The notes: a model not told the origin generated them from the letters alone. A stretch of DNA of 64,000 bases from Eledone cirrhosa (GCA_964016885.1 OZ024748.1:31558001-31622000), one strand, 5' to 3'. Counted from the first letter of the stretch, positions 27,926-42,009 are shown. Numbers and translations: made by a program.

Positions 27926-28577
27926 CAATATATTTAGAAATACATGCGGACACACACATATACATGAATGCATCCGCACCAACCGTGAGTTAAGGGTGCC
28001 AACTTCATCGATGTTGCTCAATGAATGATTGGGACAGACCAATCCGGTTAAACTAGACTGAACCAGTATCAGAGTTAAAATACATTATGAAGAGAGAAGA
28101 AACATTTAGATATAAATGTATCATACCTAAACTGTATCATACCTAAAATGTATCATACCTAAACTGCTCCTAGATTCCTCGACTACGTAGTTTCGTGGCA
28201 TAAACAAAAACAATACATCATAAAGATATAGAGTCCTTGCGAGGTCTGCCGACTTATCAAGAGGATACCTCATTTTAATAGTCTCAAGAACGCGTCTACA
28301 CGACGTGAGAAAGAATCCCAAAAGGCGGAGGGGGAGATAGTCACGCGATATAACGGTCGAGAAACAGAGCTAAGCCTCTTATAACCCCGAAGAAAATACC
28401 ACGGAGGCGGAGGGGGTATTTATATCGCAGCCGTAGAAGAGGTGGTGAAGGGGGCGAGAAGTATGAGTAATGGAAGCTTTCCAGCAGTCCCCACACTTCA
28501 AAGATTGCTCGACCCGAGGGAGTTATTAACAATATATTTAGAAACACACAGATATGTGTGTTTCTAAATATATTGTA
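27923..28577 (-). mobile_element. Non-coding 604-bp terminally redundant HHR element, family E, with a terminal fold-back
   Basis: TAACAATATATTTAGAAA at 27923 and 28527; hairpin 28529-28577; second copy at 63415-64000. Confidence 0.8.
28176..28265 (-). ncRNA. Type-I hammerhead, U3-A8 variant, family E (copy 63656-63745)
   Basis: UCCUC-UUGAUAA-GU-C-GGCA...UGCC-AC-GAAAC-UACGUA-GUC^GAGGA. Confidence 0.8.
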
Positions 28578-28579
28578 AA

Positions 28580-31500
28580 AATATATTTTAAACTATATTC
28601 TAAAAAAATCAATCTTTCGAATAAAATGATCAATTTGTGAAAAACCTAAAATAATCAATTTTTTTATACTTTTCGAAATATTTACTTTTGATTTCTAAAA
28701 TTGATTTTTTAGGTTTTTCACAAATTGATCATTTTACACAGTATTTGTAAAAAATGTTTTTTTTCATAAAAATGCGTTTATACATGTTTCGACACGTTGA
28801 AAAATTTTTGAAAAATAAAAAATATATATCAATTTTCGAAATCAGAAAGTATATATTTCGAAAGAAAAAAAATCAATCTTTTTTGAAAAAAAAACAATTT
28901 TTCGAATAAAATGATCAATTTGTGAAAAACCTAAAATAATCAATTTTTTTATACTTTTAAAAATATTTACTTCTGATTTCTAAAATTGATTTTTTTAGGT
29001 TTTTCACAAATTGATCATTTTACACAGTATTTTGAAAGAATGTTCTTTTTCAAAAAAATACGTTTATACATGGTGTTTCGACACGTTGAAAAATTTATGA
29101 AATATCAATTTTCGAAATCAGAAAGTATATATTTCGAAAGAAAAAAAATCAATCGTTTTTTAAAAAAAACAATTTTTCGAATCAAATGATCAATTTGTGA
29201 AAAACCGAAAATAATCAATTTTTTTATACTTTTCGAAATATATATCAATTTTCGAAATCAGAAAGTATATATTTCGAAAGAAAAAAAAATCAATCTTTTT
29301 AAAAAAAATCAATTTTTTTGATTATTTTAGGTTTTTCACAAATTGATCATTTTACACAGTAGTGTAAAATGATCAATTTGTGAAAAACCTAAAATAATCA
29401 ATTTTTTTATACTTTTCGAAATATTTACTTCTGATTTCTAAAACTGATTTTTTTAGGTTTTTCACAAATGGATCATTTTACACAGTATTTGGAAAAAATG
29501 TTTTTTTTCAAAAAAATGCGTTTATACATTGTATTTCGACACGTTGAAAAATTTTTGAAAAATACAAAATATATATCAATAATCGAAATCAGAAAGTATA
29601 TATTTCGAAAGAGAAAAAATCAATCTTTTTTGAGAAAAAACAATTTTTCAAGTAAAATGATCAATTTGTGAAAAACCGAAAATAATCAATTTTTTTATAC
29701 TTTTCGAAATATTTACTTCTGATTTCTAAAATTGATTTTTTTAGGTTTTTCACAAATTGATCATTTTACACAGTATTTGGAAAAAATGTTTTTTTTCAGA
29801 AAAATGCGTTTATACATTGTATTTCAACACGTTGAAAAACTTTTGAAAAATACAAAATATATATCAATTTTCGAAATCAGAAAGTATATATTTCGAAAGA
29901 GAAAAAATCAATCTTTTTTGAGAGAAAACAATTTTTCGAATAAAATGATCAATTTGTGAAAAACCGAAAATAATCAATTTTTTATACTTTTCGAAATATA
30001 TACTTCTGATTTCTAAAATTGATTTTTTTAGGTTTTTCACAAATTGATCATTTTACACAGTATTTGGAAAAAATGTTTTTTTTCAAAAGAATGCGTTTAT
30101 ACATTATGTTTCGACACGTTGAAAAATTTTTGAAAAATACAAAATATATATCAATTTTCGAAATCAGAAAGTATATATTTCTAAAGAAAAAAAAATCAAT
30201 TTTTTTGAAAAAAAACAATTTTTCGAAATACTGTGTAAAATGATCAATTTGTGAAAAACCTAAAATGATCAATTTTTTTATACTTTTCGAAATATTACTT
30301 CTAAAATTGATTTTTTTAGGTTTTTCACAAATTGATCATTTTACACAGTATTTGTAAAAAATGTTTTTTTTCATAAAAATGCGTTTATACATTGTTTCGA
30401 CACGTTGAAAAATTTTTGAAAAATACAAAATATATATCAATTTTCGAAATCAGAAAGTATATATTTCGAAAGAAAAAAAATCAATCTTTTTAAAAAAAAA
30501 CAATTTTTCGAATAAAATGATCAATTTGTGAAAAACCTAAAAAAATCAATTTTAGAAATCAGAAGTAAATATTTCGAAAAGTATAAAGAAATTGATTATT
30601 TTAGGTTTTTCACAAATTGATCATTTTACACAGTATTACGAAAAATTGTTTTTTTTAAAAAAAGATTGATTTTTTTTTCTTTCGAAATATATCCTTTCTG
30701 ATTTCGAAAATTGATATATATTTTGTATTTTTCAAAAATTTTTCAACGTGTCGAAACAATGTATAAACGCATTTTTTTGAAAAAAAAACATTGTGTAAAA
30801 TGGTAAATTTGTGAAAAACCTAAAAAAATCAATTTTAGAAATCAGAAGTAAATATTTCGAAAAGTATAAAAAAATTGATTATTTTAGGTTTTTCACAAAT
30901 TGATCATTTTACACAGTATTTCGAAAAATCTTTTTTTATCAAAAAAAGATTGATTTTTTTTCTTTCGAAATATATACTTTCTGATTTCGAAAATTGATAT
31001 ATATTTTGTATTTTTAAAAAATTTTTCAACGTGTCGTAACACGATGTATAAACGCATTTTTTTGAAAAAATGTTTTTTTTCAAACAATTTTTCGAAAGAA
31101 AAAAAATCAATCTTACACAGTATTATTTTTCAAAAAAATTCGTTTATACATTATTTCGACACGTTGAAAAATTTTTGAAAAATACAAAATATATATCAAT
31201 ATTCGAAATCAGAAAGTATATATTTCGAAAGAAAAAAAATCAATCTTTTTTTAAAAAAAACAATTTTTCGAATAAAATGATCAATCTGTGAAAAACCTAA
31301 AAAAATCAATTTTAGAAATCAGAAGTAAATATTTATAAAAAAATTGATTATTTTAGGTTTTTCACAAATCGATCATTTTACACAGTATTTCGAAAAATTG
31401 TTTTTTTTCAAAAAAATTGATTTTTTTTTCTTTCGAAATATCGAAAATTGATATATATTTTGTATTTTTCAAAAATTTTTCAACGTGTCGAAATACAATG

Positions 31501-32460
31501 TATAAACGCATTTCTTTGAAAAAAAACATTTTTTACAAATACTGTGTAAAATGATCCATTTGTGAAAAACCTAAAAAAATCAATTTTAGAAATCAGAAGT
31601 AAATATTTCGAAAAGTATAAACAAATCAATTATTTTAGTTTTTTCACAAATTGATCATTTTATTCGAAAAATTGTTTGAAAAAAAACATTTTTTCAAAAA
31701 AATGCGTTTATACATCGTGTTACGACACGTTGAAAAATTTTTAAAAAATACAAAATATATATCAATTTTCGAAATCAGAAAGTATATATTTCGAAAGAAA
31801 AAAAATCAATCTTTTTTTAAAAAAAACAATTTTTCGAAATACTGTGTAAAATGAGCAATTTGTGAGAAACCTAAAATAATCAATTTTTTTATACTTTTCG
31901 AAATATTTACTTCTGATTTCTAAAATTGATTTTTTTAGGTTTTTCACAAATTGATCATTTTACACATTATTTGGAGAAAATGTTTCGACACGTTGAAAAA
32001 TTTTTGAAAAATACAATTTTCAAAATCAGAAAGTATATATTTCTAAATAAAATGATCAATTTGTGAAAAACCTAAAAAAATCAATTTTAGAAATCAGAAG
32101 TAAATATTTCGAAAAGTATAAAAAATTGATTATTTTAGGTTTTTCACAAATTGATCATTTTACACAGTATTACGAAAAATTGTTTTTCTTAAAAAAAGAT
32201 TGATTTTTTTTTTCTTTCGAAATATATCTTTTCTGATTTCGAAAATTGATATATATTTTGTATGTTTCAAAAATTTTTCAACACGATGCATTTTTTTGAA
32301 AAAAAACAATTTTTCGAATAAAATGATCAATTTGTGAAAAACCTAAAATAATCAATTTTTTTATACTTTTCGAAATATTTACTTCTGATTTCTAAAATTG
32401 ATTTTTTTAGGTTTTTCACAAATTGATCATTTTACACAGTATTTGGAAAAAATGTTTTTT
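28580..32460. repeat. AT-rich satellite, ~287-bp unit with an internal inverted repeat and repeated orientation switches
   Basis: CGTTTATACAT at about 28775, 29061, 29519, 29807, 30095; reverse-orientation units at 30600-31060 and 31380-31560. Confidence 0.9.
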
Positions 32461-32471
32461 TTTACTTTGAT

Positions 32472-35400
32472 GTATATAATGTATATAATGTTACGGCGTG
32501 AAAACCAGCTGTCATTAGGCAAAAAGTATCGTAGTGTGTATCAATTTTAAATTATAAAGATAAGCTAGTTTTTACAGTCTTTCTCTTCATCCTCAACAGT
32601 ATACATGAGTGGGACCACTGTCAAAGCTCAATAGTTGTAGAGTTAATACAGAGGTTAACGAATCAATATACGCATATATCTACGCACAAACACACATACA
32701 TATATATATATAAATATATATACACATATATACACATGCATGTGTACATAGACACATACATACACATCAATATACACTCGTACAAAAATATACATACATG
32801 CAAAGAGAAAAGCGTGCTAATTGTAATTATGGCAAAAAGAAGGTAAAGTAACATTGTAGTAGTGAAATGAGAAAAACTAGGATCTAGGATCAAATGATTG
32901 CAGCAGCTGAGAAGGAGTAAGATTATTGGTAGATGAGGTAATTACAGACAATTGTGTGGTATATACTTGTGAAGGAAATAGTATACTTAATGTATACTAT
33001 ATTTCTGTATACTATATTTCTGTGGGTAGTAGGTATCCTAATTTAAAGCTATGTTATGTTGGTTCGATTCACGGAGGTTTGAATCTTATGAATTTAGTGG
33101 CTATTCTATGTCTGCAGAAGATAGATCTTTTTAACTTATTATTAAGTAGCCTTTTAACATTTCTAAGGATATACAATAGCTCAAGATCACACAGCCCGCA
33201 ATTGGACATCCCTGTACAATAGGTTTTAGCAGCCGACAACTTCGACCAGTTGATAGTGTAGTTAGTGTTGCTGTCCTTCAATTCCCATATTTTTCTGGCG
33301 AGGGTGGTGGAACCCATAAGTGCACGGTTTTTCATTGAGTGCCTGTGCACATACCATCTTTTCTTAAAAGAACCCGCGGTGGATCCTATGTAATTCCAGG
33401 TGGGGTTACCCGAGATGACAGTGCACATGTACACCAGGCTCGAATCGAGACGTCTGTTCGCCAACGGGCACCTATCTGGGAGGTGACAGTTGCAGTTTGA
33501 GGCGCTATGTTGTGCAGCTTTTACATTCCTATTTAGTACCCTGTTATAAGTGGGTTGTGATATATGCCCAATGGGGTTTTGCTGCTGCGCGTTTGTATGC
33601 GCTTGTGGTTGTGATGTTGTGATGAGTTTGTGCTTATGTATAGGTGCAATTGATTTACTTGAGATATTTCTGTGGTTGATCTTGCGTATATGTGATTCTA
33701 TGTTAGCTGCTGTTGAGAAAGAGAGTTTTATAGTAGATCTATTGAGTATTTTGTGATATCTATGATAGGGAAGTGTTTATCTATTAGTTTAAAGAATGTA
33801 GAGGGCAGTCTAGTTTTTATAGAGGAGTTGAATATTGGGTTGAACCATAGGTATTTTCTTTGTCTGTTTCTTCTATTGTTTCTAGGGTTTACGTTATTAG
33901 TGTTTTGGCCGTTTACTCTAGGTGTTACATGTCTAGTCAAGCTATTCCTATTATTATGTGAGCGGTTGGAGTAGAAATTACTAGGATTTTTTATGTTGTC
34001 CTTATTCACTATATACTGTAGTTTATCTTTATGACCGGCCTTACTTAATGCTGCATTATAATAGTCAGCATGCTCGTTAAAGATTTCTAGGTTTGAGGAT
34101 AAGCGGGATATTCAGAGGGATATACTACGTGCTATGGATTTAATTATGGATTTGGGGTGATTCGAGTTGTAACTAATGTAGGCAAGATTTTCATTATTTT
34201 TGTGGAAAGGTTCTATTAATCCAGTATTTAGATTTAGAGTTACATCTAGAAAATTTACTTTCTTATGGTTTAGTTCGTAGGTAATACTTAGGCCTAGTTT
34301 TTTGAAGAATATTCTAATATTTTTCTTTAGTCTTTCCATGCTCTGGTTGTTTAGGTTCCTAGCTATAAGTAACGTGTTGTCCCTATAAATTCCTCCTTGG
34401 AGGTTACTGAATTCCTTATGTAGGTTGTGTACTATGAATAGCCCCACGATATCTGTAATTTGCGCAGAATCATTTGATCCCATTGTAATATCGAAGCTAT
34501 TTATTCTATCCTTTCTTACCCAGTAGTTATTTTCAAATTTTACGATAGTCCTTCTAGCCGCTATTATTATTTCAATTTCATCATGGGTAAGATCAGAGTT
34601 ATTTTGGGCAAATATAGCTGGGGATATGGATGCATAATAGTCGTCTATATCAAATTTGTATTTTATTGAACCATTTAATTGCCTCGTTAGTGTTGCCCCA
34701 TAAAATGATTTCTAGTTTACCCTTTATTTGCGCGATTACCCTATCTAGAATGTTTTTGCTAATTTTACCTATGTCTGACTTGGATGGGCATATTAATCTA
34801 ATGGTGGGATTAGTTTCAAAGTTATTTTTGTGATCTTTCAGGTTAAATGTAGGGTTGCACGGGGTAAGCGGTTCGGTCCTATCTGAAATTCCGAGTTTAT
34901 TAACTATCCATGTTTATGCTGGTGAGTGTAGATTCATTTGTTTTTTTATATTTTTTATGTAGTTCACGCTGAATAAAGTTATTGTATGTGTTAATGTCCA
35001 TAGAGTATACGTTTGATGTTTTGTCTGCTTTTACTATGATACCGTTAGACTGTAAAAACTAGCTTATCTTTATAATTTAAAATTGATACACACTACGAAA
35101 CTTTTTGCCTTATGACAGCTGGTTTTCACGCCGTAACATTATATACATTATATACCCCCCACCTAAGTAATGTCAGGGTCTCCTTAAATAGTTTATTGAT
35201 AGCATTGTTGTAATTGTTGTTATTGTTCTAATTGAATGCCATAACTACTCCATATAGTAGCCGTATTTTCTTTTCTTTTCTTGCCTGTGTATTTTCTTCA
35301 TTCTCGCATGCTCCGAAGATCTGACTGGTTATAATTCTGTATTGGCGATCGAGTAACGCAAAATTAAGCGGATAGCGATCTCTAGACATACCAGTTCAGT

Positions 35401-35490
35401 GAAACAAATGTAAGCTATGTGATTAAAAACTTTTTTGTATAGCAAACCATGTAAACCTTCTTTCCTGATTTATTATTACTCCAAGTGTTT
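32472..35490 (-). mobile_element. PLE family B2: minus-strand RT/GIY-YIG remnant (33069-35046) plus oppositely oriented 3' terminus (35047-35490)
   Basis: LVYMCTV..YIGSTAGSFKKRW; 109-bp inverted repeat 32472-32580 / 35047-35155. Confidence 0.88.
35307..35419 (+). ncRNA. Degenerate type-I hammerhead in the PLE-B2 3' terminus
   Basis: GCU-CCGAAGA-U-CUGACUGGU...ACCAG(U)UCAG-U-GAAAC-AAAU-GUA^AGC; U4C core change. Confidence 0.65.
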
Positions 35491-35507
35491 ATATATGTAT
35501 ATATACA

Positions 35508-35718
<211 letters not shown>

Positions 35719-35754
35719 ATATATACATATACATATATATACATATACATATAC

Positions 35755-35785
<31 letters not shown>

Positions 35786-35813
35786 TGTATATATATATAT
35801 ATGTATACATATA

Positions 35814-35863
<50 letters not shown>

Positions 35864-35911
35864 GTATATATATATATATATATATAATGTATATATATAT
35901 ATATATATATA

Positions 35912-36224
<313 letters not shown>

Positions 36225-36833
36225 TGTATATATGTTTATATATATATATGTATATATATTATATATATATATGTATATATATGTATATATGTATATATAT
36301 TATTATTATATATTTGAAACCACGTGTTTTCGAACTTGTGAGTACATTTTCCTTTAACTACAAATTATTATTATATACTTTCGTCTTTTCATTAACTTAA
36401 TTAATTTCAAATAACCAGAATATACATATATATATATATATATATATACTCATATTTATATATATACGCTTCTCACTCACACACAAGAAAAACAAAAAAA
36501 CAAAAATAAATCAAAAATAAATTTAAAAAAAAATATATATATATTGAAATACTTAACTAAAACACACACACACGAACTTGTGAGTACATTTTCCTTTAAC
36601 TACAAATTATTATTATATACTTTCGTCTTTTCATTAACTTAATTAATTTCAAATAACCAGAATATACATATATATATATATATATATATACTCATATTTA
36701 TATATATACGCTTCTCACACACACACAAGAAAAACAAAAAACAAAAATAAATCAAAAATAAATTTAAAAAAAAAAAAATATATATATATATATTGAAATA
36801 CTTAACTAAAACACACACACACTCAAAACTAGA

Positions 36834-38009
36834 ATGGCTAACCAGCAAAAATCCAAACAGAACTGGTCTGATAATGAAATCGACATTCTAATAAACACAT
36901 GGCATTGCCTTTCCCAAACAGAAAATATAGATGCTTCATCTCTGAACGACATTGCTAAACGTACAGTTCAATTTTTGAAAACTCGATCTGAACAACAGAT
37001 TCAAAATAAATTAAAGCAAATCGAAATTGCTTTTAAATTAATCAATAAACATTTGGATAAACTACGGTGTGTTTTCTCTTCGAATGCTGTCCAGCAGCAG
37101 CAACAACAACAACAGCAGCTACAACAGCAACAGCAACAACAGCAACAACAACAACATCAACAACAGCTACAACAACAACAACAACAGCAACAACAACAAC
37201 AACAACGACAACAACAGTGTGAACCACTCCTTGATTCATCAACAATGGCCGATCTACTAAATGAAACTATTGACCCCCCAGTAGCCTCTGTCTCACAGCA
37301 TGAAACGCCACATCCTTTCTCTGGCCCAGCAGTCCAATCATCACCACTGCCAACATCTCTGCCTACTACTACTACTACTACTACAACATTTTTGTCTACT
37401 GCTATGTCAAGGAATTTACCTTCTAATACCAGAACAAGAACTCTCCCTCCCACAGTCCACAAAGGTCGTCAAATCCTACCCAAACCATCATCTACACCTC
37501 TCACAACACCCACACCCACATACCCACCCACTCGAAACCCCATCATTTGCCGCTACTCTCTACGCTATAGAATATGTACGGATAGTGGCTGCAAATTCAC
37601 CCATTTACCTAGGACAAAACGATCTATCCCCACAAACAGCCACCACCATAATACATACTCTAATTTAACACCAACACAACCACCAATAACTCAAACAAGG
37701 AATCCACAAATCTGCCGTTTTTCCCTGCGAGACAGATTGTGTTTAGACCGGGATTGTCCCTTTACCCATCTCCCGGGGACCCGTCGGATAAATGAAAATA
37801 AAATTAAAAATAAAAGCAAAAACAAAAACCATAACCTACATAAAAATAACCACTACCACAGTCACCAACAGTCTTCTAAACAGGAAACTTCTTCCTCTTT
37901 TTTAGCCATAATGAATCTGGCAAAAGAACTGGAAAAAAACATTCGAGCTATCACCCAGCACCACCCTCCACTATCACCCCACTGCACAAACTCCCATTGC
38001 TGCCATTAA
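36834..38009 (+). CDS. LINE ORF1p: Myb/SANT-like N-terminus, poly-Q, two CCCH-like zinc fingers
   Basis: 391 aa; WSDNEIDILINTW..RSEQQIQNKLK; CRYSLRYRICTDSGCKFTH and CRFSLRDRLCLDRDCPFTH. Confidence 0.88.
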   Translation: MANQQKSKQNWSDNEIDILINTWHCLSQTENIDASSLNDIAKRTVQFLKTRSEQQIQNKLKQIEIAFKLINKHLDKLRCVFSSNAVQQQQQQQQQLQQQQQQQQQQQHQQQLQQQQQQQQQQQQRQQQCEPLLDSSTMADLLNETIDPPVASVSQHETPHPFSGPAVQSSPLPTSLPTTTTTTTTFLSTAMSRNLPSNTRTRTLPPTVHKGRQILPKPSSTPLTTPTPTYPPTRNPIICRYSLRYRICTDSGCKFTHLPRTKRSIPTNSHHHNTYSNLTPTQPPITQTRNPQICRFSLRDRLCLDRDCPFTHLPGTRRINENKIKNKSKNKNHNLHKNNHYHSHQQSSKQETSSSFLAIMNLAKELEKNIRAITQHHPPLSPHCTNSHCCH

Positions 38010-41000
38010 CAAACAAACAAATTAACAACACACCAAAACAATTAAAACCATCCACTCTCGCCTCTACATTTTTGCTTAACGCCCAAGGCATCAGCCCTTC
38101 CACCAATACTCAAAAATGGAAGATCAAATTCCTGGAGGACTGGATTGATGTCCATCCAAACCACATCCCTTTCTTCGTCCTCACTGAAACCCATCTCAGT
38201 AACCTCCACTTGGAAGCCGAGGTGAAAGTGAAAAATTTCAAAGCCATCCGTGCTGATCGCGCTGGCAGAAGAAAGGGCGGAACTGCCATTTATGTCCATA
38301 ATTCTTTCTCAACAGAGGCTATGAACATATTCACTAATGGATACTGTGAGGCAGTCACTGTATTCAGTCAAACCAACAACCTATTAGTAGTTGGGCTCTA
38401 TAGGCCACCCCAAACGCCTGTACCATGCTTCAAGGAATGCCTCAACAGCATAAAGTGTTTCATCCAAGAGTGTCACCCTGACAACATCTTAATGATGGGG
38501 GACTTCAACCTCCCCGGAGTTGACTGGTCCACAAACACCCTGCCACCAGGTTCTTCTGCCTCAACCTCTGACAGGGAAGCTGTGGAATCGCTTCTTGACT
38601 TCATGGATGATTTCTTCCTATCCCAACTAGTGCTCGAACCAACGAGGTGCCACAAAAACGTCCTAGACTTAATTTTCAGCAATCACACTGACAATATCCA
38701 CAATATTGCAGTGGAGAAAACTCTACTCTCTGATCATGACATGGTTCTCTGTGATCTGAGATTCCACCGTCCAATATACAAACCCAATGTCATTTCTCCT
38801 GTCCATCCGTTTGACGCTATGGATTTCCACAATGCAAACTGGGAAGCGATCAGTCATGATCTTGCACATGTCGACTGGTCCTTCACGCACACTCATACAC
38901 CCACTAACATCAAAAAGTCCTGGCAGACATTTGTGGACACTGTTACAAACATATGTGCTAAACACACCCCATTAAGAACTATAAACAAATCTAAGAGCAG
39001 AATCCCTAGAAATAGAAAAACACTCATCAGAAAAATTAAGAGAACGAACAAAAAAATCAACAAGCTGAAATACTGTCAGCAGCAACACATCAACTTGACT
39101 GCCATTTCATCACTAGAGATTAAAAAACATAACCTCCAAAACAACATAATGTCCCTCATCAACAATCAGAGAAGAGCTGAAGAGGCCTGGGCCATTGAGA
39201 AGATCAAACTCAATCCCAAAGTGTTCTTTTCATTTGCAAAAAAACACAAAATCACTGGCTCTACTGTTGGCCCTCTAATTGATGAAAATGGCACTCTTCA
39301 AGACAATGCTAAAACCATGGGTGAGATACTGCAGAAACAATACTGCTCTGTTTTCAGCAATCCTGATATGGCCGATCTGGGCTGTATCGGCGATGTTACT
39401 CCCCATTACACCTTATCGGACATAACGTTTGGCGCCCCTGATGTCTTGGCGGCAATAAAGGAAATCAAGCATAATTCAGCAGTAGGTCCCGATAGGTTCC
39501 CTGCTTGTGTCTTGAAGGCGTGTCAACACCAACTTGCTTCTCCTCTTGCCAATCTGTGGCGGAACTCACTGGATGCTGGATATGTGCCAGAAAACCTTCT
39601 ATCCCAGTCTGTTGTCCCAGTTTTCAAAAAGGGAAACAAATCCCTTGCCGTGAATTACCGTCCAATCTCACTCACCTCTCATATCATTAAGGTATTTGAG
39701 CGAGTGGTGAGATCGCGAATGACCCACTTCCTTGAGAGTAACAATATGCTGAACTCCAACCAGCATGGATTCCGTAATGGAAGGGATTGCCTGACGCAAC
39801 TACTGCATCACTTTGATGACATTTTGAGAGCCTTGGGAGAGGGTTCCAACACTGATGTTATCTACCTTGATTTCAGCAAGGCCTTTGACAGGGTTGATCA
39901 TAACATTCTACTGAGAAAGCTGTCCAATATTGGTGTCACTGGAAAGCTGCTGCAGTGGATCAAGAGCTTCCTGTCAAACAGAACCCAACATGTTGTAGTT
40001 GAGGGAGTCAAATCAAGCCCAGCCAAAGTCAGTAGTGGAGTCCCACAAGGCACTGTGTTGGGCCCACTTCTCTTCATCATCTATATTAATGACATCACTG
40101 ACATCATCAAACACAGCAACATTAAAATTTTCGCTGATGATTCCAAGCTCCAAAAGGTCATCAATGGCGTGGATGACCGGATAAGCCTTCAGTCAGACCT
40201 ACTGGCTGTTACCCAATGGGCAGAAAAGAACAACATGCTACTGAACGAAGACAAATTCGAACTGATCCACTTTGGAAAAGAGGATGCTCTGAAACTCCCG
40301 TACTCCCTTCCCTCCGGGGAAACTCTCGTGGCATCTAACAACATCAGAGACTTGGGAGTAACCGTGGACAGCAACATAAGCTGGACCACGCATATAAGCA
40401 GCAAAGTTGACATGGCCCGCAGAATGTGTTCCTGGATCCTCAGAACCTTCCAGTCGAGAGATTCCCGCACCATTATCCTTCTCTTCTCTACTTTCGCCCG
40501 ACCACACCTTGAATACTGTTGTCCACTGTGGTCTCCCCACACGAAACAAAGTATCATGAAACTTGAAGCTCCTCAAAGGGCAATCACGAAAAAGATAGAT
40601 GGCATGTCAGACCTTGACTACTGGGGTCGATTGGAAAACCTGAAACTTTACTCACTCCAACGTCGCCGTGAGCGTTATATTATCTGCATGATGTGGAAAA
40701 TGTTCCATCATCACTGCCCAAATGATGTTGGCATCGCCTTCAAGATACACCCAAGGCTTGGGCCCCGTGCTATCCGTCCCATTCAAAAATCTAAATCGCA
40801 ACTCATAACAACAATACGGCACAATTATTTCACCTCAATCGGCCCTGCTCTCTTCAACATCACACCAGGACACGTCAAAACAGAAACTGACCACACAAAA
40901 TTCAAGAAGTCTTTGGACAAATTCCTCCAAGTAATCCCGGACAAACCACCCACACCCGGATATGTCTCCGCAAACAGTAATTCTCTTCTCGAATGGGCCA

Positions 41001-41017
41001 TGGTGCCCAAATCCTGA
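37997..41017 (+). CDS. LINE ORF2p: APE endonuclease + reverse transcriptase (frame open from 37880; no AUG until 38321)
   Basis: 1006 aa uninterrupted; [45 protein letters not shown]. Confidence 0.96.
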   Translation: MLPLTNKQINNTPKQLKPSTLASTFLLNAQGISPSTNTQKWKIKFLEDWIDVHPNHIPFFVLTETHLSNLHLEAEVKVKNFKAIRADRAGRRKGGTAIYVHNSFSTEAMNIFTNGYCEAVTVFSQTNNLLVVGLYRPPQTPVPCFKECLNSIKCFIQECHPDNILMMGDFNLPGVDWSTNTLPPGSSASTSDREAVESLLDFMDDFFLSQLVLEPTRCHKNVLDLIFSNHTDNIHNIAVEKTLLSDHDMVLCDLRFHRPIYKPNVISPVHPFDAMDFHNANWEAISHDLAHVDWSFTHTHTPTNIKKSWQTFVDTVTNICAKHTPLRTINKSKSRIPRNRKTLIRKIKRTNKKINKLKYCQQQHINLTAISSLEIKKHNLQNNIMSLINNQRRAEEAWAIEKIKLNPKVFFSFAKKHKITGSTVGPLIDENGTLQDNAKTMGEILQKQYCSVFSNPDMADLGCIGDVTPHYTLSDITFGAPDVLAAIKEIKHNSAVGPDRFPACVLKACQHQLASPLANLWRNSLDAGYVPENLLSQSVVPVFKKGNKSLAVNYRPISLTSHIIKVFERVVRSRMTHFLESNNMLNSNQHGFRNGRDCLTQLLHHFDDILRALGEGSNTDVIYLDFSKAFDRVDHNILLRKLSNIGVTGKLLQWIKSFLSNRTQHVVVEGVKSSPAKVSSGVPQGTVLGPLLFIIYINDITDIIKHSNIKIFADDSKLQKVINGVDDRISLQSDLLAVTQWAEKNNMLLNEDKFELIHFGKEDALKLPYSLPSGETLVASNNIRDLGVTVDSNISWTTHISSKVDMARRMCSWILRTFQSRDSRTIILLFSTFARPHLEYCCPLWSPHTKQSIMKLEAPQRAITKKIDGMSDLDYWGRLENLKLYSLQRRRERYIICMMWKMFHHHCPNDVGIAFKIHPRLGPRAIRPIQKSKSQLITTIRHNYFTSIGPALFNITPGHVKTETDHTKFKKSLDKFLQVIPDKPPTPGYVSANSNSLLEWAMVPKS

Positions 41018-41147
41018 ATTGAAAGACTTCGCCAGGTGGTGCTATTAAGTTAGACATGGCCTGGGCCAATACTGGCCAAAACATTTCAAAGTTATTCAAA
41101 GTTATATATATATGTATATTATATATATATGTATATATATATATATG

Positions 41148-41211
<64 letters not shown>

Positions 41212-41214
41212 ATA

Positions 41215-41286
<72 letters not shown>

Positions 41287-41312
41287 AATATATGTATATT
41301 TATATATATATG

Positions 41313-41395
<83 letters not shown>

Positions 41396-41451
41396 GTATA
41401 TATGTATATATATGTATATATATATATATGAATATATATATATATATACAC

Positions 41452-41501
<50 letters not shown>

Positions 41502-41606
41502 GTATACATATACATATATATACATATATATATACATATACATATATATATATATACATATACATATATATACATATACATATACATATATATATATATA
41601 CATATA

Positions 41607-41666
<60 letters not shown>

Positions 41667-41720
41667 ATATATATATATATATATATATATATAATGTATA
41701 TATATATATATATATATAAT

Positions 41721-41985
<265 letters not shown>

Positions 41986-42009
41986 TATATGTATATTTAT
42001 ATATATATG

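Larger units (their letters stand above)
36310..41106 (+). mobile_element. Full-length, intact CR1-group LINE
   Basis: 5' UTR with a 242-bp tandem duplication (36331 / 36573), two open ORFs, short 3' UTR ending TTCAAAGTTATTCAAAGTTAT into (AT)n. Confidence 0.95.

Noticed and set aside
28580-32460. CRISPR-like array, or short ORFs in the satellite
   Set aside because: Eukaryotic context, 'spacers' are themselves repeated, no cas genes; ORFs are repeat translations
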